Positions 21,023-30,787 of a DNA stretch of 64,000 nt are shown in pieces (the stretch's first letter is position 1; each line of letters opens with the position of its first letter). Origin of the DNA: a phage; sequence record NC_135729.1; one strand, given 5' to 3'. Both the position numbers and the translations under genes were made by a program. Below the pieces are notes generated by a model. It saw nothing but the letters and a program-made list of their open reading frames with translations. It searched no databases and was not told where the DNA came from.

Positions 21023-21576
21023 ATGATCGGGCGGCTCGCCACCTGATCCACATATTTAAAAAATCTGTCATTATCGTTTCTTGAGCTGTGGCTTTCCTCC
21101 GTGTACCGATAAGGAAAACCTCTTAACCAACTGTTGAAGATGGAAGAGATGGATATTGACAAAGCACTATTCTCACCTGTCTGAATAGCCATATCTGTTA
21201 TAAGGCCGTCAAACAAGCCATTAGTTGTGACAGGTAGACCATTCTCCATAGCGGTAATGTACAACGTGGCACGACAACCAGAATACTCCGTCTTCAGCAG
21301 ATCACCCACATACTTAGGATCAAACCCGTTCAATGTTGCTACCACAGATCCGAAGTTGGTGGCATCTTTCTCAGACACAGCAGTTAATGTTGCTGATCCC
21401 CCTATCCCTATAAAATGTTGCCCCTCAATTACTACAACACCAGTGCCTGAGCACACCCTGACAGTTCCTGTCGGTAGCTCCAGCTTTGCAGCAATTAAGA
21501 TCTCAACACCATCAAGCTCCAGCTTTTCAAGAAATAAATTATCTAATGGCGCTCTGATCATCTTAGAAATCCTCAA
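21010..21576 (-). CDS. tail tip / baseplate protein (188 aa)
   Basis: ORF with overlapping junctions to both neighbours; position-based. Confidence 0.4.
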   Translation of the reverse strand: MRISKMIRAPLDNLFLEKLELDGVEILIAAKLELPTGTVRVCSGTGVVVIEGQHFIGIGGSATLTAVSEKDATNFGSVVATLNGFDPKYVGDLLKTEYSGCRATLYITAMENGLPVTTNGLFDGLITDMAIQTGENSALSISISSIFNSWLRGFPYRYTEESHSSRNDNDRFFKYVDQVASRPIIWEV

Positions 21577-22153
21577 AGAAGTTGATAACTATATTATCAC
21601 CTTTTTGCATAGCATCGACTTTTTGCTTAATTTTATAAATATCTCTGATATGAAACCTACCCTTCGGGGATTGAGTTATTATCTTCATAGTGTCCCCTGC
21701 GGCAATAGGTTTTCTAAGTCTTGGAGATATGCTTATAACAGCAGACCCAACACCATCGCTACGCACTGGAGCTGTTACCACTTTCAATTCATCATTGACA
21801 GATATTTTATCCCCAGCTCTGGCTATGTCTCTGTTTGGCTCCCACCCAACCGTCTTCAAAAAATCGTCGTTACCAGTAGGCCCAAGGGCGATTGGCTCAT
21901 TAGCTGTAACTGAGTGACCGTAAGTTTTAATAAGAAAGATGTTTCCATCTTTATACACCTGATCAACAAAGCTCTTAAGCTCTAGCAACTGTGACTCGCT
22001 GATATTGGAAACCGTCAAAGTGCCTTTCCAGTTAGGTGTGGCATAGGTTACTTTTTGCGTTTTACCTGTAAACGGACTTTTAAACGTAACAATATCTGCC
22101 AGCAGCTCCAATCTAATATCTGGAAGGTATCTAGGCCTTTCCCATAAAAACAT
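21563..22153 (-). CDS. tail tip / baseplate protein (196 aa)
   Basis: First gene after the terminator that follows the 1271-aa tailspike; position-based. Confidence 0.4.
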   Translation of the reverse strand: MFLWERPRYLPDIRLELLADIVTFKSPFTGKTQKVTYATPNWKGTLTVSNISESQLLELKSFVDQVYKDGNIFLIKTYGHSVTANEPIALGPTGNDDFLKTVGWEPNRDIARAGDKISVNDELKVVTAPVRSDGVGSAVISISPRLRKPIAAGDTMKIITQSPKGRFHIRDIYKIKQKVDAMQKGDNIVINFFEDF

Positions 22154-22211
22154 TGTGCCTCCAGGTTAAACAATCATGATAGTTATTTTACCAGATTTTG
22201 AGTTAATACGC

Positions 22212-22246
22212 AATACAAACAAAAAGCCCCCGCCGAAGCGAGGGCA
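22212..22246 (-). terminator. intrinsic terminator after the 1271-aa tailspike gene
   Basis: Minus-strand GC-rich hairpin (GCCCTCGC-ttcg-GCGGGGGC) followed by TTTTTGTTTG. Confidence 0.55.
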
Positions 22247-22252
22247 AAACAG

Positions 22253-25200
22253 TTACTTCAGTTTCTCTTGCAACCCAGTAACAACCTCTGTCAATTTTTT
22301 AACCTGCTCCTCAAGGGCGGTTATTTTATCGTCCTGTTCCCTGCAAACCTGGACAAGCAAGCCTGTTACGGCTGCGTAATCCACGCTGTAGAATCTTTCC
22401 TCTGTTATCAAAGGAGTTCCATCTTGATCAGGGTTTGGGATTTCCTTTCTTTGCACGAAAGAGCTAACTGCTTCCGGCAGCGCTTCAAGCACTTCTTGTG
22501 CTATAACACCTGCATAAGGCATACCGTTCTCTTTAAGAGTGTAAGTATAACCCTTCATCTTCCGGATAGCTTCTAACGCATCAGGAATAACAGCTATGTT
22601 ATCTTTCAGATCTCTGTCAGAACTCTGATTGACAGATGTGCAATTCACAGCGCCGTTTACAGAAAGATATCTTGATTTATCTGGCAAGGTACCGCAATGC
22701 CATACCCAATTTGATTGAGACTCGTCAAGAACCTTAAACTCTAACACGTTTGGACGATCTCCTGTGCTGCCGTTACCCCAATAATACATATGGGCGGCAT
22801 TAGCAGGCATGTTGCCACCGTTATTAGTAACATGACTTCCAGAAATATATACCTTTAACTCTGGGGTTGGTATTTCCCCTTCCGGGGTTGTTCCTCCATA
22901 CCTGAAGCTAACACCATTACCACCTGTTTGGGTCCACGGGCCCCAAGTGAAGACCTGTTTCACCATATTCCCATAACGTGTAAATCTATCGCCATGGTAG
23001 GTAATATATTCTTGAACACACCCATTACCGTTATTGGCGTTATTTTGCAACACAATAAGTGTTCCGGCCTCATTTACGGGATAATGACGATCATATGTTG
23101 CATCATTATTTGCAGGCTGATGGTAAATACCTTCCCACAATCCGTGATAGGTGTTAAGGTCTGAAGAACCAAGACCTTGACCCCTGTGTTGCATAGCCTT
23201 ATTCCAGGGATGGTGATTACCACCTTCTATAGACCTGGTGTATAAGTTACTTTGTCTGCCAGCAATCTGGAAAGCGTAGTTTCCCGAGAATCCTACAGAT
23301 AACCCGCCTACAACCATGGTATCTTGTGGGCCGTTAACATTACCAGCTATTATTTTTGACGGGTTGTTAGGCCCGAACTGGTTGTTCCAGTCTGCACCTG
23401 TGTGGCATACAAAACCACCTGGTGCTGAGAAAGTACCATCTTTGTTGAAGTTGTAGAATCTATGAGCTGTGCCTACAACATCACGAACAATAACTTGACC
23501 AGCCTCTGGAGTAGATCTGAACTCTGCTTGACCTTTAAGGCCAGCACCATTACCGCATTTAGAGGTAAACGTGCCGTTAGTTAGATCCTCTGTTCCATCT
23601 GATGCACACTGGAATCCTGCGTTAGAGAATAGCGCCTTTCTAGGACCACTGTAGCACAAATAGTCAAAACCGTCAGCCCATAGCTCTACTTTAGGCATGT
23701 TCATTTTGCTCATTATCGCATAGCGTTCAGCAGTGCCTATATAGTGCCACTGTGTGCCGCCGCCAGTGTAGAACCCTGAAGTGCCTTTGAAGTCAACAAT
23801 AGGTCTGGTATTGGTATTGTTATCTCCAAGAACAGCTAGATTCAAGTCTGCTGATTGAAGAGGTGCAACGAACTTAACCCCATCCTGATTGTTTGTTACA
23901 GAGCCGACTTGATAATCTTGCTCTCTGGTAAACACTTCGACAACATTTCTACTTGCGTATATGCTGACAGGGAAAGCACGAGCCTCTGCATAGAAAGCAA
24001 CATACTCTTGTTTACCCCTTGTTGGAGCAACCATCCCAAGAAGTGCTTTTTCATTCTTCTGGTAGAAATTTACTACCCCGTAGAAAGAGTCTCCCCTGTC
24101 CGTCCAGCCGCCAGTTCTATAGTGACACTGCAGGGTGGCACAGTTCATAGGGTCATTTCCAGATGAAAACCTGGTGACTATAGTAATATCAGTGCCAGTT
24201 GCTGGAGCATAGTACGGATCTGTTCTAACGATGATTGGGTAGTATTTCCCATCTTCCATCCCTGCGGTTCTTGGCAGTGTTAAGAAGTCTTTTACACCTG
24301 CCGCTATAGGAACTTTGAACAGATTCTGAGCATCTGCTAAAGTTGTAGCTCCAGTGCCACCTGCGGCTTGAGGTAAAGGTTCCCACTTGGCCTTCCGGTT
24401 GTTATAAACACCCCACTCCAAAGTGCCGTTACCGGATTCGTCCATCCCACCATCCCAGATAACCATCTTGGCGGCTTTCTTGGACCCCCAGAAGCCTCTT
24501 TCTGCTCCTGAACTACGGATCCACTCTCCAAGTCCCCAGTTTGTCAGCTGACCAGTAAGATCCCCAACCTGCATATATTTAGGGCAGTCTAATACTCCGT
24601 CTTCGCGGAAACCTAAATATCTGTGAGTTTCAGATCCTTTTGCACCTTTGTGCAGGTGGATTGTCAACCAAGCTTTATTGTCGTTTCTTACCTCAGAGTA
24701 GATCCTATAACCATGCTCAAGGACACCGTCAGCGTTGTATTTGTCCCCGTTAACAATACCTGATGCTGACTTAACATCAGCAGAACTTTGAGACAGGTAA
24801 AGGTGCCCGAAGGTAGGGGAATTTCTAGACCCGAGACCGATGTGCGATCTAAAGGTATCATCGTTACGAGGTCTGACCATCGGCTGCCATGCAGTCCACT
24901 GGTTTGTGTTGGCTTGATAGGTTCTCAAATACCAAACATCTACGTTAGAGAATGGATAGTATTCCTGACGACAACCTGTACCGCCGTTAGCATTGTTCTG
25001 CCAAACAATCAAGTGACCAGCACCAGAACCTGCAGGGTAACCATTTTCCTCAGTTGCATAAGCAGTCATCGGCTGGTAGTATACACCATCCTGATTACCA
25101 GTCAAGTTATTGATATTGAAATTTGGCTCAAGGGCTGCACGTTGCTTATAGAAAGCCCCGATATTGATACGGACTCCAGCGGCATCTCTGGCCCCTGTAC

Positions 25201-26068
25201 CGCCTTGCTCTATAGCAAGAGGTTGCCACGAGGCTGTTTGTTGGTTCCACATACCCCAACGGCCTGTTGCATCAAGCTGCAAGTACCCTGCCGTGTTTAA
25301 ATCATCTCCAGCACGGATAACTGTTCTTGTTGGGTTGTTTGCCTCCAGGCGTTTAAATTCATCACGAAGTGCTATTCTTTTTGTTGTCGCTACACCGTTG
25401 GTTACTGAGATGGTATACATAGCTCCGGAGGTAGCTCCACGGAAAATACCATCAACAGTTGTAGTATCACGACGAGATACCACACCGTTCAGAAATTTTT
25501 CACCAGCTGCTACAGAGGGATAGTTGGTGGTTCTTCCCTCTTCAATAACTGCAGGGCCAACAAAGTTATCAAGGTGGATAACATCACTTACAGTGTGCAC
25601 TGTACCAAAATCTACACGCTGTGCAAGGGCTTTAGCATCGTTAGCTGTCTGAACAGTAACATCCATTACATCCTGGACAGACTGCCCTTCGGCTGTCATG
25701 ATCATAGATGCGCCAATGGTAGATTCCAACTCCTCCCTTAAGGACGGGTCAGTATATACCATCCATGCAGCGTCAGTAATCCCACCATCAGCGTACGGTG
25801 AAGATAGTGCAGGAACAGTGTGTGGAAATTCGCCTTTCCAACGCAGGTAGAGGTCTTCCTCTTCGAAGTAGGCAAAATCCATTGGGCCGTTTAACTTACC
25901 ACCTTCCTTAAAGGAGATTACATGAGAAACAGTCCCATCCACATGGACAACATCGCCAATTTTTACACGACGGGTCAGGTCTGGTTGTTGAACAACCAGG
26001 TAATCATCCTCTGTCACTGCGGTAGTGGCAGGAAGAGATTCAATTCTGACAACTTTAATATCAGCCAT
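22253..26068 (-). CDS. tailspike protein (1271 aa)
   Basis: N-terminal anchor segment (DDYLVVQQPDLTRRVKIGDVV) shared with the 222-aa protein at 28703..29371; long Gly/Asn/Thr/Trp-rich body typical of a beta-helical spike. Confidence 0.7.
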   Translation of the reverse strand: MADIKVVRIESLPATTAVTEDDYLVVQQPDLTRRVKIGDVVHVDGTVSHVISFKEGGKLNGPMDFAYFEEEDLYLRWKGEFPHTVPALSSPYADGGITDAAWMVYTDPSLREELESTIGASMIMTAEGQSVQDVMDVTVQTANDAKALAQRVDFGTVHTVSDVIHLDNFVGPAVIEEGRTTNYPSVAAGEKFLNGVVSRRDTTTVDGIFRGATSGAMYTISVTNGVATTKRIALRDEFKRLEANNPTRTVIRAGDDLNTAGYLQLDATGRWGMWNQQTASWQPLAIEQGGTGARDAAGVRINIGAFYKQRAALEPNFNINNLTGNQDGVYYQPMTAYATEENGYPAGSGAGHLIVWQNNANGGTGCRQEYYPFSNVDVWYLRTYQANTNQWTAWQPMVRPRNDDTFRSHIGLGSRNSPTFGHLYLSQSSADVKSASGIVNGDKYNADGVLEHGYRIYSEVRNDNKAWLTIHLHKGAKGSETHRYLGFREDGVLDCPKYMQVGDLTGQLTNWGLGEWIRSSGAERGFWGSKKAAKMVIWDGGMDESGNGTLEWGVYNNRKAKWEPLPQAAGGTGATTLADAQNLFKVPIAAGVKDFLTLPRTAGMEDGKYYPIIVRTDPYYAPATGTDITIVTRFSSGNDPMNCATLQCHYRTGGWTDRGDSFYGVVNFYQKNEKALLGMVAPTRGKQEYVAFYAEARAFPVSIYASRNVVEVFTREQDYQVGSVTNNQDGVKFVAPLQSADLNLAVLGDNNTNTRPIVDFKGTSGFYTGGGTQWHYIGTAERYAIMSKMNMPKVELWADGFDYLCYSGPRKALFSNAGFQCASDGTEDLTNGTFTSKCGNGAGLKGQAEFRSTPEAGQVIVRDVVGTAHRFYNFNKDGTFSAPGGFVCHTGADWNNQFGPNNPSKIIAGNVNGPQDTMVVGGLSVGFSGNYAFQIAGRQSNLYTRSIEGGNHHPWNKAMQHRGQGLGSSDLNTYHGLWEGIYHQPANNDATYDRHYPVNEAGTLIVLQNNANNGNGCVQEYITYHGDRFTRYGNMVKQVFTWGPWTQTGGNGVSFRYGGTTPEGEIPTPELKVYISGSHVTNNGGNMPANAAHMYYWGNGSTGDRPNVLEFKVLDESQSNWVWHCGTLPDKSRYLSVNGAVNCTSVNQSSDRDLKDNIAVIPDALEAIRKMKGYTYTLKENGMPYAGVIAQEVLEALPEAVSSFVQRKEIPNPDQDGTPLITEERFYSVDYAAVTGLLVQVCREQDDKITALEEQVKKLTEVVTGLQEKLK

Positions 26069-26103
26069 TCTTTCTCCTGAAAGGGGGCAAACAGCCCCCT
26101 ATG

Positions 26104-28701
26104 TTAAAGGTACAATCCACGGTATTGAGCATAAAGGCCCAGACCGCGAAGGATTTCGCCAGAGTGATAGCCCACCGGATCAGAAACTGCCCAGCAGCCG
26201 TTTAAAACATTATCCCCATTGATGAAGTGGTGCTTTTGCAGTAGCTTCACGCAGGCTTCTACAACAATATCTATTTGAGGTATTGTCTCTGAATACCCGC
26301 ACAGACCTAGCCAGCAGCAACCTGCAAGCCATTCACCTACCACCCACATCCTGTCTCCTCTGTCCTGATAAGAATATCCCCCAGAGGTGTTAAAGTCTGT
26401 AGGTAGATTTCCTGAATGAGATGACTGGAATCTGTTGAGGAACCATGCCCATTTCTGGCAGAACAGGAATAATCTTTCATCAACAGGTTCTTTATGTTTC
26501 TTGAGCTCATAGATTGTGCGGCACGCAGCAACAAAAGATCTTGACTGGAGCTTAGAGTTATCTACCATCTCCCACCAACCAGTCAGCCCTTCATTACCTC
26601 TCTGCCATACATAACGCGAGGCAACTGGACCCTCTGTCTTAAATGTATTATTATACCAGACTTGAGCGTCATACAGAAAGCCTATTGTATTTGACAATCT
26701 ATGGCGATCTATGTTTTCTGCACCCATGCAGTAGACTGCTGGGTATTGCATGCCTGGGTAGGGCCAATTTGGCCTTTCCTCTAAGAGATAGTTTTCCTTA
26801 TCTATCACCTTTCCGGCAGGGAACACACCTGGTGTGTGCCTGTATGCACCTTGCTTGTAGTTTCTGACATAGCAATCACCAACCTTAGCGGTTGATTCTG
26901 TCTTGCTTGCCATCCATACGCTAAACCAGATTAGATAAGCATCCCTATCTGCAATATAGAATTGCGGCAGTGTGTTGACGCAATATAGATCAAACAAGCC
27001 ATTACCTATCTGCCTGTCGCTTAGGCTGAAATCTACAGAGGTGAGTCCCTTAGGATTAGCAAAGAAAGGTTTAATCTCTTCTTCAGTGTGATGAGGTTGT
27101 GTCGGATCTAGTTTGAAATCTCCTAGAGTAAGAGTTTCTGTTACCCATTGTCCATTAGTGGCATATAGATCAGCATACCATAACCACCTGTCTTTGTCAA
27201 GAAATTTGACCCTTACCATCTCATCATCTGATCGATAAGTTACTGAGTTTAAAGAAATCTCTCTTCCAAAATTGAAAGTTACTTTGCCTCTTGCTATATT
27301 ACAACGGGTGAAGTTGTCAGAGTGGTTGTAAATGTCAGTATCGTACTGCATGCTAACACTGGCACCACCGCTCACGGCAATGTTTTCCTCTTTAGGTAAG
27401 AGGTACGGATTACCGTCTTTACCAACTACCTCTACGAAATCAGTAACCTTGGCAACTATTTCTGTTACCTCTGCCCCTCCAAAAGGAACCCCTATCCTGT
27501 ACTGTTTTTTGTTATTGTTGCCATCATTAAGGATGAAATGTGGCTGGAACAGAACCCCCTCTCCTCCGAAATTCATAACAATTTCAGCATCTCTGCCTAT
27601 TTTGTATGTAGTCCCTTTTTGGATTATTTCGCAAGGCTGGCGTGCGTTCATTCTAAAATTGATATACCCGTCACTGTCCCTGCTCATGACAGGAACTGTT
27701 CCTGCAACAAGACAAGTACCATCTGTAAACGGTGCCTTAATCAACGTGGTCTTTCTAAACAGTTTGTCGTATGCGTTTATATCACTGAAATTAAGCAACT
27801 TGTTGTAAGACTGTTCAAACGCGGTGTAATACTTTTCCTCACCTGTCAAGGTGTAGAGTTGATAACAAGCGTCACACCACATTTCTTCCCCGTCCAACTC
27901 TGGGGCCTGATTATCTGCAACCACGTTTATAGGATTTACAATTACAGGGGATCCAGCAGGTATCACCGATCCACCCTGCTCTTGAGGTAATCTTACACAA
28001 TAGGTCACCTTGTGGCTTCCTGTAACACCCTTATCTTGTAATTGGATTGTGCCGAACTCTATAGACGTATGCCCACTGTCGGCTATGCTTCCGTTAGCCC
28101 AATAGCGGTTACCATCCCATGCTATGTACCACTCAACCCACCAACTTAATCCGGATGTTGTCCAATCTGGGTTAGCATCTGTGCCACCGTAAACATCAGA
28201 GTCTACAGTGTTTCTTCCTAACACACCGTTATACGCTTGGAATGCCTTGTCCAGGTATTCCCCCCATGTCGGAGATCCAGCTGGGATTTTTCCTCTACCG
28301 TTGGTAAAAGACACCACCACATCTTTAAACCCACCGTGTGATGGAACCCCATCTGTGGATAGAGGGTAGTGGGACAATCTTTGCATTTTACTTTCTACGG
28401 CATATGCACCCAGAAGATGACTATTGTAAGATTCCCAAGCATCTTTTGCCCTATCCAGATAGAAATCGCTTTTCGATGCCCTGTATGCTTCAATGTATCC
28501 CAGAATCAACACAGCTTGGGACTCATGCATTGCCCAATCGTTATTTATCTTATTACCTGCCCACCCTGCAGCTATAAGACCATCAGGGTTTACTAGCTTA
28601 TTTTGTGTAGGTGTGTTGGTAATACCTGTGTTGTTATCGAGGCACTTCCTGTGCCCCTCAATCATCTGAAATACGTTATCAATGTTGTGTTGAATACGCA
28701 T
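26104..28701 (-). CDS. tailspike / putative polysaccharide depolymerase (865 aa)
   Basis: Large Trp/Tyr-rich protein with a glycoside-hydrolase-like composition, embedded among spike genes; enzymatic class not determinable by eye. Confidence 0.5.
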   Translation of the reverse strand: MRIQHNIDNVFQMIEGHRKCLDNNTGITNTPTQNKLVNPDGLIAAGWAGNKINNDWAMHESQAVLILGYIEAYRASKSDFYLDRAKDAWESYNSHLLGAYAVESKMQRLSHYPLSTDGVPSHGGFKDVVVSFTNGRGKIPAGSPTWGEYLDKAFQAYNGVLGRNTVDSDVYGGTDANPDWTTSGLSWWVEWYIAWDGNRYWANGSIADSGHTSIEFGTIQLQDKGVTGSHKVTYCVRLPQEQGGSVIPAGSPVIVNPINVVADNQAPELDGEEMWCDACYQLYTLTGEEKYYTAFEQSYNKLLNFSDINAYDKLFRKTTLIKAPFTDGTCLVAGTVPVMSRDSDGYINFRMNARQPCEIIQKGTTYKIGRDAEIVMNFGGEGVLFQPHFILNDGNNNKKQYRIGVPFGGAEVTEIVAKVTDFVEVVGKDGNPYLLPKEENIAVSGGASVSMQYDTDIYNHSDNFTRCNIARGKVTFNFGREISLNSVTYRSDDEMVRVKFLDKDRWLWYADLYATNGQWVTETLTLGDFKLDPTQPHHTEEEIKPFFANPKGLTSVDFSLSDRQIGNGLFDLYCVNTLPQFYIADRDAYLIWFSVWMASKTESTAKVGDCYVRNYKQGAYRHTPGVFPAGKVIDKENYLLEERPNWPYPGMQYPAVYCMGAENIDRHRLSNTIGFLYDAQVWYNNTFKTEGPVASRYVWQRGNEGLTGWWEMVDNSKLQSRSFVAACRTIYELKKHKEPVDERLFLFCQKWAWFLNRFQSSHSGNLPTDFNTSGGYSYQDRGDRMWVVGEWLAGCCWLGLCGYSETIPQIDIVVEACVKLLQKHHFINGDNVLNGCWAVSDPVGYHSGEILRGLGLYAQYRGLYL

Positions 28702-28702
28702 C

Positions 28703-29371
28703 TTAGATAGCTCCTGCGATAATCAGTGCCCCGTACCAAGTTAACCCGTTGTCGTAGGTTTCCAACTTGAAAATGTCTGTTGCACCAGCTGTAAATGTTA
28801 GGATAGGATCTCTTCCGTAGGACCATTTAACATTACCAGGCCAATAGACTTTGTTGCCGCCAGAGGTCTGAGTAATGCATACAGTTATAGTTCTCGCCAC
28901 CCCTTCAAGACCTTCTGTTTGATTTTCAAAAGAGATTGTGGTATTTGAAGTTAGTCGAACCTTAAAGGTATCCGCAACTTCAAGATCCATATCAAGCTGA
29001 CCACCGATAGATCCGTAATCAACTATTCTGCCAGAAGAAGTTGCAGCAAGCTCACCAAAAACAGACCAGGCATTTGCAGACACACCTCCAGCACCCTCTA
29101 CAGTGGAGTCTGGGAGGATTATTTTAGGATAATCCCCGTTCCACGTGTAGTAGCGCTTAGTTTCTGGGTCATAAGCAAAGTCCTTCTTGCTCTTAAGATA
29201 ACCACCCTCTGTGAAATAGACTATCTTGGTAATGCTAAGATCGTTGACAACATCGTCAATCTTAGCCTTTCTTGTCCCATCAGTCTGGTTGACAACCAAG
29301 AAGTCATCACTCAGGACTGTTTCTGCATCTTCAAGATCTGGAATTGGTATTGTAGGATAAGCTACAGCCAT
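28703..29371 (-). CDS. fiber adaptor protein with tailspike N-terminal anchor domain (222 aa)
   Basis: N-terminal DDFLVVNQTDGTRKAKIDDVV...FTEGGYLKSKKDFAY parallels the N-terminus of the 1271-aa spike. Confidence 0.45.
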   Translation of the reverse strand: MAVAYPTIPIPDLEDAETVLSDDFLVVNQTDGTRKAKIDDVVNDLSITKIVYFTEGGYLKSKKDFAYDPETKRYYTWNGDYPKIILPDSTVEGAGGVSANAWSVFGELAATSSGRIVDYGSIGGQLDMDLEVADTFKVRLTSNTTISFENQTEGLEGVARTITVCITQTSGGNKVYWPGNVKWSYGRDPILTFTAGATDIFKLETYDNGLTWYGALIIAGAI

Positions 29372-29380
29372 GATTTCTCC

Positions 29381-30097
29381 TTAGTTAACATCAATAGCAC
29401 GACCAGACTGGTTGGCAATAGCCTCATCATTGGAGGTAGCAATAACACCAGAGTATTCGCGCTCATCTGGAGCAAGCGTCCAGGTATTGCGGTTAATGGT
29501 TTGTTCTGCCTCAGTCATCAGCAGATCTTTATCCTGAGTCAACAGAGAGCCTACAGGGATCGGGTTTTCCATCTCAGGACCAGCATACTGGTTCCACCAT
29601 GTGGCATCTCCGGTTCTAGGTAATCTGAAGTTGATCAGATAGTACAGTTTATTAGCCCACTTAATCCAACCCTCATCATCACAGAGAGAGGTTGTCCCAG
29701 AATCAGGCTGTGGGTAGGTGAACTGATCAAGACCTACGAAAGCCAGCCTTACAATCTCGTTCTCTTTGGTAACAACCTCAAAGAACGCTTGGTATGTTCT
29801 CGATCTTCGATCCATGGTAGACTGGAAGTTTATGATGTTTAACACATCCGGCTCTTGTCTTGCCACTTCCATGATCTTGTTATCAAGAACAGTCTTCATG
29901 ACCTTCTTACTGAGAAAGTCCATATAAGGGAAGCCAAACAACTCGTCGAAGTACCAGCTCCCCTTCCACGTATTAAACCTCATCCACAAGCGCTGGCGCA
30001 GACTTACTTGGTTTGAATCTATCAACTCAAGACCTTTGTCTATCGCCAAATCGCCTGTCTGCGGGTCCATCAATATATCACTATAAAGCGTAGCCAT
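29381..30097 (-). CDS. baseplate protein (238 aa)
   Basis: ORF next to the spike gene; position-based. Confidence 0.4.
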   Translation of the reverse strand: MATLYSDILMDPQTGDLAIDKGLELIDSNQVSLRQRLWMRFNTWKGSWYFDELFGFPYMDFLSKKVMKTVLDNKIMEVARQEPDVLNIINFQSTMDRRSRTYQAFFEVVTKENEIVRLAFVGLDQFTYPQPDSGTTSLCDDEGWIKWANKLYYLINFRLPRTGDATWWNQYAGPEMENPIPVGSLLTQDKDLLMTEAEQTINRNTWTLAPDEREYSGVIATSNDEAIANQSGRAIDVN

Positions 30098-30109
30098 GAA
30101 AGCCCTCTA

Positions 30110-30787
30110 TTAGTGCGGTCCACTTGTCTCGCCATCAGGGCAAGAGTGGGTATGACCTTTATATTCTGCATAGAATGAATCCAAATCCACGCCAGCAGCA
30201 GTTATAATTCTACCAGATGGGTCTATTGTAGCACCATTCATTCTGATATTCCCATCCACAGCAGCTCGCAAATTGGCAGCCCCGTTAGTGAAAGAAAACT
30301 CCCCGCTGCTGTCGCACCGTAATGTCCCACCAGGTGTTTGAAGCTCAAAATCGCCAGAAGGTGTCAGTTTAAAATAAACCCTATCATTCCATAACTCTAC
30401 GTTATCAGGATCGATCTGTAAAGCGTTTGAGTCTGAATGGACAGAGGTGATTGCCCACCCTGGAAACAGGCCGTGAGTTTGTTGATCGTCGTTATTGTTT
30501 TCATTTCTCTCTGAAAACTGTAATCCTACAACATCTCCGGCCTTAATAGGAAGTGTTAACCTTGCCTTTCCGCTGTTTGCAGACATCACCTGAATTGGAA
30601 CGTCATAGATAAGAGGGTATCTCTCCACATCTCCGTCATCAAACGTAGTTTCAGCTATTGGCTGCACGGCTGCAGAAGGTATACTGTAGTCAACACTGAC
30701 AACTCTGGCCCTGATACTGGTGTGGTAGTCCCTCATTATTTTTTCTATAAAGGATCTTACAGCAGCATCTTTCCTATTTATTGCCAT
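30110..30787 (-). CDS. baseplate central spike protein (gpV-like, 225 aa)
   Basis: C-terminal GHTHSCPDGETSGPH contains the His-x-His apex motif seen in P2 gpV / T4 gp5-type spikes; N-terminal OB-fold-like region. Confidence 0.5.
   Translation of the reverse strand: MAINRKDAAVRSFIEKIMRDYHTSIRARVVSVDYSIPSAAVQPIAETTFDDGDVERYPLIYDVPIQVMSANSGKARLTLPIKAGDVVGLQFSERNENNNDDQQTHGLFPGWAITSVHSDSNALQIDPDNVELWNDRVYFKLTPSGDFELQTPGGTLRCDSSGEFSFTNGAANLRAAVDGNIRMNGATIDPSGRIITAAGVDLDSFYAEYKGHTHSCPDGETSGPH

Noticed and set aside
21227-21913. 228-aa plus-strand ORF across two minus-strand tail genes
   Set aside because: It spans the junction of two co-oriented minus-strand genes that are translationally coupled; no independent signals. 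Shadow ORF.
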